DNA of 64,000 nt from positions 70,372,001 to 70,436,000 of the forward strand of contig NW_024704742.1 of NCBI RefSeq assembly GCF_018977255.1, in the 5' to 3' direction. Positions 1 to 10,461 of this stretch are shown in pieces. The DNA is from Callorhinchus milii. Taxonomy: Eukaryota. The position numbers and the translations under genes were made by a program. Position 1 is the first letter of the stretch. Every line of letters starts with the position of its first letter. The notes beneath the pieces are model-generated. The model saw nothing but the letters and a program-made list of their open reading frames with translations. It had not been told where the DNA came from and ran no database searches.

Positions 1-234
1 TCCGTGACCTCTTCGCACTCGATATCAGAAGTGAGGATTGACGGTGCTTGAGAGGGAGCGTGGAGCAGGTGGTGGAAAGTGGAGAACAGGATTTTGGGGT
101 TATTTTGAACACAACTTCAGAGCAGAGAGTTCTACCGACTGAGCCAGGTTGACACATGACTGAAGTGTGGGCCAGAGATGTAAATGTACCAATATTTCAC
201 CACATAGAAACCATCTGTTTTGACTCAAGATGGT

Positions 235-1042
235 TCTCGCCCATTACTACCGAGAAGATTTCCCCGTTACAATTGAGGGAATTTCCTCATTATTGTCTGG
301 CAGATTTCCCTGTTATAATCAAGGGGATTTCTCCATTATAGTATACAGGATATTACAATTACAGTCTAGGGGGATTTCCTCATTACAGACTAGAACAACA
401 ACAAGATTCCATTTATAGAGCGCCTTTCACGTCGGGAGGACGTCCCAAGGCGCTGTACAGTTGGGTCAGGACCCGAGCGGGGGGAGAATGGTCAGGGTGA
501 GGGGAGGGAAGGGAGGGAGCGAGGAGGGGGGAAATGGTCAGGGTGAGGGGAGGGAAGGGAGGGAGGGAGCGAGGAGGGGGTAGAGAGTCGAGAGGGGAGC
601 TGAAGGCTCGGTCAAAGAGAAAGGTCTTGAGACCGGCCTTGAAGGAGGAAAGGGAGGAGGCGGCGAAGGCACTGGGGGATAGAGTTCCAGAGCCTCGGGG
701 CTGAGAGGCTGAAGGCCCGGCCACCGATGGTAGGGCGGTTGGGGCGGGGGATGTGGAGCAGACCGGAGCCAGAGGAACGGAGGGTACGGGCAGGTAGGTA
801 GGGGGATAGTAGGTCAGAGAGGTAGGAGGGAGCGAGGCCGTGAATGGCCTTGTAGGTCAAATCTAGGGGATTTCCTCATTACAGGCCAAAGGGATTTCCC
901 CCTTACATTCTAGCGGATTTCCCCATTGTAGGCCAAGGAATTTCCCCATTACAATCCAGTGGATTTCCCCATTATAGCTCGGGGATTTCCCCATTACAGG
1001 CAAGGGGATTTGGCCATTACAGTCTGGAGGATTTCCCCGTTG
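235..1042. repeat. Degenerate ~22-23 bp minisatellite (unit ~ggggatttccccattacagtcta) split by an L2 insertion at ~394-860
   Basis: Repeated gatttcccc-attaca units at ~235-393 and 861-1042. Confidence 0.85.
394..860 (-). mobile_element. 5'-truncated L2-clade LINE 3' end (subfamily 1)
   Basis: ORF 612..860 encodes [17 protein letters not shown]...[15 protein letters not shown] (L2-type ORF2 C-terminus); terminal stem-loop and (GTT)n tail; near-identical to copies at 5795 and 54841. Confidence 0.85.
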
Positions 1043-1086
1043 CTCTCCGAGAGTAACGAAGTGCTTGCGTTCCCTGTCCACCTCAG

Positions 1087-1211
1087 GTGACGTGCGGAAC
1101 GACATCTACGTGACTCTGGTGCAGGGTGAGTTCGACAAACAGAACAAGACCACGCAGAAGAACGTCGAGGTGACCATGTGCGTGTGTGACGAGTATGGAA
1201 GTGTCATCCCG
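1087..1211 (+). CDS. DOCK2: DOCK2-like internal coding exon (1st in window), start of DHR-1/C2 domain: (G)[41 protein letters not shown]
   Basis: cctcag|GT acceptor and CCG|gtaagc donor; 125 nt; peptide matches the DOCK1/2/5 DHR-1 start, with NKTTQ and MCVC as recalled for DOCK2. Confidence 0.92.
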
Positions 1212-2029
1212 GTAAGCTTTTATTTTCTGGTGTTCTGGGTTTTTATCATCATCCCAGTCACTCCCTTCTCCTACCCCTTCCTATCCACGTCATTAAAATT
1301 GATCCCACTACCGTTGACCTGGCCGGCCCCACCTTTGACCGCTGGTTCCATGCTGGCCCGGGCGTTTCATCACCTGCTCCGGGAAGAGTGGCTTAGCTCC
1401 ACTTTGAAACCGTTCCTGGGAAAGGCACCAAAAGCCTGGGATCGGCACAAAACTGGGGTCAGTGAGTGAGTCAAAGGCTTACGGCTCAGTGGCCTCAGGT
1501 GAATCTATTTGAACGCAGATATGAGGGGAGTTTGGAGTGAGGAGGAGGGGGGGGAAGGGGCTTGTGTATGTGTGTAGGTGTATGTGTTATTGTTGTTTTC
1601 AGATACCCCAGCACTCTTTTCTCTGAGTTAGAAGCAATCTTTCCCGCACCCCCACCAAATGCATTGCGATGATGTGATAAGGCACTGAATCGAACAAAAG
1701 GATTCTTGTTAATAATTTATTATGTTCCGTTATGAACAGTGTGGTGTGTAATTGAGGCTCGTCTTCCTTATAAAGACATAATAAAGCCCAATTAAGAAAA
1801 TACTGGGGCTATCAATACTATTGATAGTGGAAATTAATTCCAATTTATAACATTTATCCAGAGCCCATGATTAGATTACAGCAATAAACCCGCTCCCATG
1901 TATGCATGTGTTTTTTTTAATAATATGTTTTGGTTTAAGCAATGAGGCTTATTGAGAATCTGGGAGTTCTCTCAGTGCTGGCTGGCACAGGTCAGGATTT
2001 ATACAGCTCATCACATTCCCATAACTAAA

Positions 2030-3990
2030 AACAGCAACAATGTGCACTTATATAGTGCCCTCCATACAGGGTAGCATCTCAGAACGCTTGACAGTGGGGT
2101 CGGGGGTAGGGGGCAGGTGACGGTAAGCACAGTTGAAAAGGTTTTCAGGCAGGACTCTGAAAAAGGGGAGAGGGGGGCAAGGCGGGGAGATAGAGGGAGA
2201 GTGTTCCAGAGTTTCGGGGCTTAGTGGGTGAAAACGCGATCTCCAGTGGTGGAGCAGAGGGTGCAAAGGGCGAGCAGGAGGCAGGTGCCAGTCGAGTGGA
2301 GGCGCCGGGTGGTGGATTGGGGAGTGAGGAGGTTGGAGAGGTAGGGAGGTGCCAGGGAGTGAATGGATTTGAACACAAATGTGAGGATCTTGAAGTCGAT
2401 CTGTTCAGTGATGGGGAGTCAGTGGAGCTTGGCCAGAACTGGTGAGATGGGGGTATGGAGTTCGGGTCAGTATGCGGGCGGCAGAGTTCTGAATGAGCTG
2501 GATCTTTTGAATGGTGGAGCTGGGGAGACCTGATTTGAGTAATTCAGGCGGGAGGTGACAAACGTAAGCGTGAGGATTTCGGCTGCATTTAGGGTAAGGT
2601 ACGGTCGGAGGCGAGCAATGTGGCAGAGGTGGAGGAAGGTGATCCTGATCAGGAACCGGATGTGGGGGAGGAAGGACAGCTGGGGGTCAAATTGGATGCC
2701 TAGATTGCGCACTGGGTCGGTGAGTTTGAGGGAGAGCCCAGGGAGGTTGAGGAGTTCAGATCCGCAGGAGTGAAGACATTTGATGGGAGCCAAGGAGTAT
2801 GGCTTCTGTCTTGTCCATATTCAGCTGCAGGAAGTTTCCACTCATCCAGGCCCTGATGTCTGCCAGACAAGCTGATAGAACATCGATGGACATGGAGATG
2901 GTACTGGAGGAGGCAAATTAGATTTGTATGTCATCCACATATATGTGGATGTTTACCCCGTGTCTGTGGAGGCCATCGCCCAGAGGGAGCATATAGATAA
3001 GGAAAAGAAGAGGGTCAAGGATGGAGCCCTGGGTACCCCACATGTCACTGGGAGGGGTCGGGAGGAGAAACCATTTGCTGAGATGATGTGGAGGCAGTTG
3101 GTTAAGTAGGACTTCAGCCATGTAAGTACGGTCCCACTAAGGTGGGTAATGAAGGAGAGGCAGTGGAGGAGGATGGCCTGGTCGATTGTGTCAAACATGG
3201 CAGAGAGATCCAGGAGGACGAGGAGGCAGAGGGAGCCCTGGTCACAGATAGATAGATGGATGGATGGATGGATGGATGGGTGGGTGGGTTGTTCGGGTGG
3301 GTGGATGGATGATCCTTACATTTGATATAGTGCTTTTCATGTCTTCTAGACTTCTAAAAGTGTTACACAGAATATACTGTAAAGTGAATTGACTGTATAT
3401 ATATGGGCGAAACACAGCAGTGTCCCACAAACAGTCGTGACGAGAGAGAATGTCGCCTGTGACTTTGGCAAGCGCTGTCTTTGTGATGTGGGTAGGGTGA
3501 AAACCAGACTGCAGGGGCTCGAGGAGGGAGTGGAGGGAGAGGTGTGACCGAAGTTGACCTGCAACAATACCAACCAGGACTTTAGCATGGAAGGGTAGGT
3601 TGGAGATGGGACGATAGTGTGAGAGATTAGAGGGATCAAGGGTAGGTTTTTTGAGGAGGGGTGTGATGACAGCGGTTTTCAAGGGGAGTGGAACAGAGCC
3701 CGAGGAAAGAGACTCGTTGACCGTGTCGGCCAGCAGGGGGGAGAGGAGGGGGAGTTGAGTGACCAGCATCTGGGTGGGGAAGGGATCAAAGTAGCAGGTG
3801 GTGAACTTCATCCGGGTGATTGTGGTTGAGAGAGAGGAGGGAGAAATGGGGGCAAAGGAGTGTGAGGAGGGGGGAGTGGCAGGAGGCATGGCAGAGGGCG
3901 AAGGTGGTGTGGATGGTCTGGGTGGGGTGGAAGGTGACATGGGGGCTGGAGGGAAGCAGCCAAGCAGAAGTTTTCAATCTTTGAGGCAAA
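2030..3990 (-). mobile_element. Degraded L2-clade LINE ORF2 (reverse transcriptase) fragment with frameshifts, interrupted at ~3247-3440
   Basis: Translated pieces LLKKPTLDPSNLSHYRPISNLPF, LDLSAMFDTID, YVDDIQI (YADD-like), VRNLGIQFD and SRLNYSN in several frames. Confidence 0.88.
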
Positions 3991-4242
3991 AAAGTCTAGG
4001 ACCTCTTTGCACTTGGCGTTTGATGTGAGGATAGAGGATAAAAATCCAAAAGAAGCACAAGTCCTTTGCTTGTTACCATGTTGTCCTTATCAGGCATCCA
4101 GAGCTTGTCTCTGGAATAACTCAACTTCTCCCTTTCCTTAATATCCCCCACTCTACTCCCCTCCCCTATTCAGTTTCTCCTACTCAGTTCTCTCCCTCCC
4201 TCCCACCCCTCACTCTGTCCCTCTCTCTTTCACCCTCTACCC

Positions 4243-4606
4243 TGGAGTCCTGTAACGTAGTGGTTAGAGCACTCACCTTGCAAGCGAGAGGATCCAGGTT
4301 TGATTCCCAGGCTGGGCGAAACCTTAGGCTAGTTTCTTTACTTCACACACTTCTATTTACCTAGCAGTAAGTAGGAATCTGGTTGTTAGTGAATCATTTT
4401 CCAGGGGTAATAATCGCTTCAATAAAAAAAAGTTTGATCACTCAATTCACGACTGTTTATAGGATACTGCTGTGCACAATTGGCTGCCGAGTTTCGCCCA
4501 CAAAATACACAGTCAATTCATTTTACAGTATATTCCTGTGAAGCGCTTTGAGACATCTCAACAACGTGATAAGGTGCTATATCAAATGCAAGGATTACTA
4601 CTATTA
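4243..4606 (+). mobile_element. tRNA-derived SINE family A (tRNA-Ala-like head, L2-type tail)
   Basis: Head tggagtcctgta..agtggttagagcactc.ccttgcaagcgagag, A/B-box-like motifs, shared tail ending caaatgcaaggatta. Confidence 0.8.
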
Positions 4607-4855
4607 CCATAGGTCAGTCGAAGAGCTACGTTTTGAGGTGGAATTTAAAGACAGAAAAAAGTGAATGAGATGAGGGAAGAGGGAGGGAGTTCCAGAGGTT
4701 GGAAACTGAAAACTCAGCCATTTATAGTGGGCGGAGAGGGCCAGTGAGTGGAAAAGTAGGGTAGAAGATCAGAGGGTGTGCCAGGGAGTGGTTGGATTTA
4801 TAGGTAAGGGTGAGGATCTTGAAATTCATCCGCTGGAAGGAAGCGCCTTTGTTTG

Positions 4856-5170
4856 TGGAGTCGTGTAGCTCAATGGTTAGAGCACTTGCCTTGCAAGCAA
4901 GACACCTGGGTTCAATTCCTGGCAGGGCGTAAACCTTGGGCAAGTTTCCTCACTCCACATGCCTAATAATAATCCCTCCAAAACAAAAACAATAATAAGT
5001 TGGTAATTTTCAATCCACGACTGTTTATGGGACACTGCTGTGCGCAATTGGCTGCTGCGTTTCGCCCACAAATAACAGTCAATTCACTTTACAGCATATT
5101 CTGTGAAATGCTTTGAGATGTCGAGAAGACGTGAAAAGCGCTATATCAAATGCAAGGATTATTATTATTA
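4856..5170 (+). mobile_element. SINE family A copy, with an L2 fragment (~4607-4840, - strand) just upstream
   Basis: Same head (B-box ggttcaattcc) and tail ending (ATT)n. Confidence 0.8.
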
Positions 5171-5640
5171 TCTCATCCTTCCAGAACACCCAGCCCACCA
5201 TCCCCCCATCACAGCATTGAGCTGCTTTTTAAGTGAGTCCCAGCTCTCTCACCTAAAATCTTCCCCCACTTCCTGGCAACCTCATTAATTACCCTATGGT
5301 GTATGTCCTGAAATTGCCCCTTTGCAACTCTAAACCTGTGTCCTCTTGTTCTGCTGTCTTGATACATCCCAAGGTAACGATCGAGGTTTACTTCTTCAAT
5401 TCCATTTAAAATATTAAACACCTCCATAAGGTCCCCTCTGAGTCATCTTCTCTCAAGATTGAAGAGCCCGAGTTTGTCTGATCGTTGCTCACAGCTCATT
5501 CCTCTAACACTAGAGATCAGCCTCGTTGCTCTCCTCTGCACTGTCTCCTCTGCCTGAGCGGCCCCTTATGTCACAGTGACCAGGACTGTCTGTGGTGTTC
5601 AAAGTGAGGCCTGACCCGAGCCCTGTCCAGTGTGACGTCT
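5171..5640 (-). mobile_element. CR1-like LINE 3' fragment
   Basis: ORF 5209..5427 encodes EVFNILNGIEEV...SRTRGHRFRV, resembling the CR1 ORF2 C-terminal TRGH motif; related pieces at ~21930-22260, 24100-24320, 40240-40510, 57850-58150 and 58450-58730. Confidence 0.7.
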
Positions 5641-5794
5641 GGGGATCTGAAGTCAGATGATTTAGTGGTATAACCCAAATACCTGGGCAGGGGATGGGGG
5701 GAGAGGGGGAGTGGAAGAGCCCCATGATGTGTCAAAACTACTCAGTGTTGGATGGAAGGAAAAACAAACTCCTGGAGTAAGTGTAAGTAAAACA

Positions 5795-6475
5795 ACAACG
5801 ACAACAAGATTCCATTTATAGAGCGCCTTTCACGTCGGGAGGACGTCCCAAGGCGCTGTACAGTTGGGTCGGGACTTGAGCGGGGGGGGGGAAATGGTCA
5901 GGGTGAGGGAAGGGAGGGAGTGAGGAGGGGGTAGAGAGTTGAGGGGAGCTGAAGGCACGGTCAAAGAGAAAGGTCTTGAGACCGGCCTTGAAGGAGGAAA
6001 GGGAGGAAGCAGCGAAGGCACTGGGGGATAGAGTTCCAGAGTCTCGGGGCTGAGAGGCTGAAGGCTCGGCCACCGATGGTAGAGCGGTTGGGGCGGGGGA
6101 TGTGGAGCAGACCGGAGCCAGAGGAACGGAGGGTACGGGCAGGTAGGTAGGGGGATAGTAGGTCGGAGAGGTAGGAGGGAGCGAGGCTGTGAATGGCCTT
6201 GTAGGTGAGAATGAGGATCTTGAATTCGATCCTCTGGGGGATGGGGAGCCAGTGGAGGTGAGCGAGGGTGGGAGTGATGTGGTCGCGGTGTCTGGCGCGG
6301 GACAGTACACGAGCTGCAGAGTTCTGAATGACCTGCAGCTTGTGGAGGGAGGTGCCGGGAAGGCCGGCGAGGAGAGAGTTCCCATAGTCCAGCCTTGAGG
6401 TGCTAAAGGCGTGGACCAGAGTTTCAGCAGCGTGAGGGGTGAGGTAGTGCCGTAGTCTGGCGATATTCTGGAGAA
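5795..6475 (-). mobile_element. L2-clade LINE 3' end (subfamily 1)
   Basis: Near-identical to 394-860, extends further 5'; (GTT)n tail. Confidence 0.85.
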
Positions 6476-6899
6476 TGTCCGGAATGTTCCGGACCCACAG
6501 AAACGAGAGCCCTTTAGTCCCGTGATGTTAACTCTACCTTACGACCATCTACAAAAGAATGAGGCAGCACCTCTCAGTGGGGTTTGACTGCTGCTATCTC
6601 TACGGACACTGTGTAGTCATTAAGCTACAACCTGACTCTATGTAAGTCACGTAATTATTCCGGTTTCACATGAATATCAAACGTCAGCTTCCGAACTAAC
6701 ACAAAATAAAGGTAATCAATTTTCCCCCCACCAGCCAAAGACGTGTTGTTAATGAAGTGCTCAGGCAATGGACCGGTAATAGAGAGAGACAGAGAAAATG
6801 CCAATCTCTGGGCCAGATTGCAAATGCAATTCATCACTCTTGAAGTTGTGCATTTATAAAATAAAGAATCTTATTTTTTTTAAATTGCTAATTATTCTC

Positions 6900-7245
6900 C
6901 CTATATCTTCCCCTTTCCCAATTCCAACTCCCTCGCTCTCTTCCTTTTCATTTCCCTCCCTCTCTCACCACCCCCCTTCCCTTTTTCCCTCCCTCTCTCC
7001 CCTTCCCTCCCTACTTCTCTCTCCCTCCCTCCTTCTCTATCCATCTCCCTCCCGCCTTCCCTCCTCTCTCCCTTTCTCTCTCTCCATCTCCCTCTTTCCC
7101 TCCCTCTCTCTACCCCATCCTCTCTCCCTCTCCCTCCTCCCTCCCTCTCTATCCATCACTCTCTTTTCATCCCTCCTGCTTCATTACCTCCCTCCCTCCT
7201 TCCCTCCCCCTCTCTCTCCCCCACCCTCCCTCCTCCCGCCTCGCC
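6900..7245. repeat. CT-rich low-complexity tract upstream of the exon at 7262
   Basis: ~340 nt almost entirely pyrimidine on the + strand. Confidence 0.85.
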
Positions 7246-7261
7246 TCACCGTGATGTTCAG

Positions 7262-7360
7262 AACGCAATTTGTCAAGGAGCTGGGGATAGACCTGTCACT
7301 CGGTACCAATCGGTTGTATATTACCAACTGAGGCAACAGCGCTGGATGGAGACTGTCAAG
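7262..7360 (+). CDS. DOCK2: DOCK2-like exon 2 in window: [33 protein letters not shown]
   Basis: ttcag|AAC ... AAG|gtgaga; 99 nt, phase 0/0; long pyrimidine tract upstream; NAIC..GAGD and RWMETVK are DOCK2-like. Confidence 0.93.
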
Positions 7361-7499
7361 GTGAGATTTGCGTTTGTACAACATCTTTCACACTGGTGCT
7401 GCCTGACTGGGAGCCCGAGCTGAGGAACGTGTATTCAGAGGGTAAAGTGACCAAAGTAACTTGTTTTCAAATGGAAGGGGAAAAAAATCTCATGGTCAT

Positions 7500-7915
7500 C
7501 CTGGCTTGGTCGGCAGCACTCTCACCTCTGAGTCAGAAGGCTGTCGGTTCAAGCCCCACATCGAGACTTTGAGCTCACAGTCTAACCTGACACTCCAATG
7601 CAGTGCCGGAGGGAGCGCTGCAGTGTTGGAGGTGCCGTCCTTCGGATGAGACGTTAAACCGAGGTCCCGTCTGTGCCCTGTTCAGGTGGACATTAAAGAT
7701 CCTGTGGTACTTTTGGAAAAGTGAAGAGAGTTTCTCTCCCGGTGTCCTGGCTGACAATCCCCCAGATAAAATTGGTCGCTCGCTTGATGGACGTTTGTGG
7801 AGACATTTCTGTGCATAAATTTGCTGCTGCATTCGACTACAGTAAAATCTGTGAACTGCTTTGAGACCTCTTGATGACGTGACAAGATGCTATACCAAAT
7901 GCAGGAGTTATTTAT
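7500..7915 (+). mobile_element. tRNA-headed SINE family B with Deu-like central domain (representative copy)
   Basis: Head ctggct..gtcggcagcactctc.cctctgagtcagaagg..ggttcaagcccca; body ggaggtgccgtccttcggatgagacgttaaaccgagg...aaagatcc...ggtgtcctggc resembles the Deu domain as recalled; L2-type tail. Further copies near 10555, 11660, 12200, 19470, 23480, 26890, 29222, 31165, 31875, 38745, 39975, 41240, 44055, 45085, 45480, 50005, 51005, 53575, 55610, 59250, 60380 and 63375. Confidence 0.75.
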
Positions 7916-8364
7916 AAGGTCCGTGAATTCACAGATCATGGGAGAAGTTCTACCTCAAAACTTCTCACGAGTGTTAAAATTATTTTAATGGCACACAAGA
8001 GCCATGTGATTAAAATATAAGCAAGTCGGGATTGAGCGAAGATCAATTGGCTATCCCTTTGCTCCTGACCTCTGCATCTATCCGAGCTCTGAAATTCATC
8101 AGCACAGATTTAATTGTTAAAGTATTACCCTGATAATCCATCCTGGATTATCAGGATTGTCCTCATAAATCATAGCCTGGGAGACAATTTTTCTCTTAAA
8201 ACTTAAGATCGCCCAGAAATGATGCAAACATGACCAGTCGCTGGGGTCAGCGATTCTTCTCACTTGGTGTTGCTGTTACCATGTGATGCAAATGTAGAGT
8301 GGTCCTAGCTGGACAAACAGAGGGAAAGTCTCATGGCATTATTATTATTATTGTTTGGTGTGAC

Positions 8365-8760
8365 AGGTGCCTGACCTACGGGGAAGCCCATCACCGTGCT
8401 TAAGAGTATCCAAACTAGACAAACTAGCTTGTCATTAAGAGCTCTGTCTGGCAAGCTTTCCCGCTGCTTGTCCATCTAGCACCATCCTCCTGTTGGGGCT
8501 TTGGTTTGCAGGGTGACCAGGAGCTGAGTGAAAAGAATCCCTGCCCCCAGTGACTGGTCTGTCCCTTGAAAGTCTTACTGATGAGCCAGGCTGGGCTGTG
8601 CTGTTATCAGTAGAGCCTTGTGGACCCACCTGGCTCAGAAACCGGACTCGAGACCACCACAGAGGACTGGCTTGATTCCAACATTCTATTGCCAAACATG
8701 TCACCTTGGAGCCAGTTCAGCTCTGAAGACACTCCTCATACCTCCTGGTACAGCAGTTCA
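8365..8760 (+). mobile_element. Unclassified interspersed repeat family C (representative copy)
   Basis: Motifs gctgcttgtcca.ctag and gatgagccaggctgggctgtgctgt.atcag recur at ~22755-23130(-), 32330-32570(-), 35350-36170(-), 45770-46100(+), 46110-46390(-), 55865-56410(-) and 56650-56795(+). Confidence 0.7.
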
Positions 8761-10388
8761 TTCCAATTACCCCAATAAATATAAAACACAAAATACTGCA
8801 GATGTTGGAAATCTGAAAACAAAAACAGAAGTCACTGGGAACACTCAGCAGGTCAGGCAGCATCTATGGAGAAAGGAAAGTGAGTCAACATTTCGGGTCA
8901 ACGACCCTTCGTCAGAACTGGGGCATGTTGGGAGGGAGAGGCTTTTAAGAGCTAACAGAGAGGGGGAGGCAGGGCAAGGAAAAAAGATACCCGTTTCCCT
9001 GCTCACAGTTCTGTGTTCTAATCATGTCTTGCCATTGTAACCTCAAAGAACAAGAACAGTGAATGTGGTAAATGTCCCTGTGCCTACAATTCTGAACATC
9101 TATGAGTGTCCTCGACTCCTATCATAATAATAATCTTTACATTTCATACATTGACTTTCATATCAGGAGGATGTCTCAAAGCGCTTCACAAGATTCACGG
9201 TACCATCTGCTGACTGTAGGCAAATATGGCAGACAATTTGCACACAGCAAAGTCCCACAAATAGCCATGAAGTGAATGAGCAGTTTTACCTGGGGGATTA
9301 TTGGCCCAGAAGGACATTAGGAAAGAGAAAGTCGCAAATTGGCTGCCGCGTTCACTTACAAATACTCAGTCACTAAGTATCACATTAAAAGCATATGAAG
9401 CGCTTTGAGACGTCCTCCAGTGTGATAAAGTGCTGCATCAAATTCAAGGATTATTATGTGTTAAATGGATTGGAATCATCGTGAAAATTGAGCCTGGTGG
9501 ATTGAAAGCAGTGGGTTAATGGGCCGAGACCTGTGCTCATTTCATACAGGAGTACTCTCAATATGTATTCATTTTGCCTCATTACTTTTTTTGCAAATCT
9601 CCCACTGTTTGAAGATTTGATAAAAGTCCATAATTTTTTCTAAAAACTCAAGTACAGTAATTCTATACGAGGCTTGCATTCTTCACTCATTTTGACCAGT
9701 CTTCAGAACATATTCGCTTGCATTGGAATAAAATACACTGTAATTCCATCACTTTCTCAGAGAAAGTGCTTGTATTTTTTTAATGAAAGACACTTCCACT
9801 TCGAGTGTCGGGAGGACATGTCAAACTGCATCACACAATTTACCATAAAGTGCAGTCGTTATTTTTTAGGTGAACCCCGCAGCCAATTTGTGCACAGCAA
9901 CATCCCCACAAACAGCTATGAAGTGAATGGCCCGTTTCTTTTAATCTGGGGAATTGTCAGGCAGGGCATTGGGAGAAACTCCCTTCACTTCCCGAGCACT
10001 GCCATTGGATATCAACCCCTGAAATAAAATTGGTCACTCAGTTTAAGTCTATTTGTGGGACGTTGCAAAATGGCTGACAAATTGCACTGCTGTGAAATAT
10101 TTTGAGATGTGCTGATGGTGTGATAAGGCACTGTATTACACGCAAGGATTATTAATCTGCAAGAATTCACCAGGAAGCAGATTAATTAATTGTTCTGTAA
10201 TCGGGAATAAAAGTGCTTTATGATAATATAACAATAGTTCGCATAACTAAAGTCACTGCACTTCAAAGTGACTCACCCTTGTATGAGGGCTGCAAAGCTC
10301 TGAGTCAAATGCAAGTATTATTGTTCCTCCAGTTACTGACTCTGTTGCACCAAGAAACTCATTGAAATATTTCTCTGTGACCCACCAG

Positions 10389-10461
10389 GTTGCTATTCCC
10401 ATTGAAGATGTCCACAAGACTCACCTCAGGTTCACTTTTAAGCACAGGTCATCTGGTGACT
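10389..10461 (+). CDS. DOCK2: DOCK2-like exon 3 in window: VAIPIEDVHKTHLRFTFKHRSSGD(S)
   Basis: caccag|GTT ... GAC T|gtaagt; 73 nt; HLRFTF-HRSS DHR-1 motif. Confidence 0.93.

Noticed and set aside
235..1042. CRISPR-like array
   Set aside because: Tandem degenerate units without unique spacers, eukaryotic intron context, no cas genes.
1212..1469. Continuation of ORF 1065..1469 beyond the exon
   Set aside because: DOCK similarity stops at the gtaagc donor (1212); the remainder is intron.
2030..3990. Active or domesticated reverse transcriptase gene
   Set aside because: Multiple frameshifts and stops, a nested insertion and 5' truncation mark it as a dead L2 copy.
4856..4930. tRNA-Ala(TGC)-like sequence
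   Set aside because: No proper acceptor stem; it continues into a SINE body and tail and recurs many times, so it is a SINE head rather than a tRNA gene.
8578..8645. Hammerhead-ribozyme-like CTGATGA...GAAA around a stem
   Set aside because: Extra TCA between the stem and GAAA, and other family C copies read (t)gccgatgag...caggaac, so the catalytic core is not conserved.
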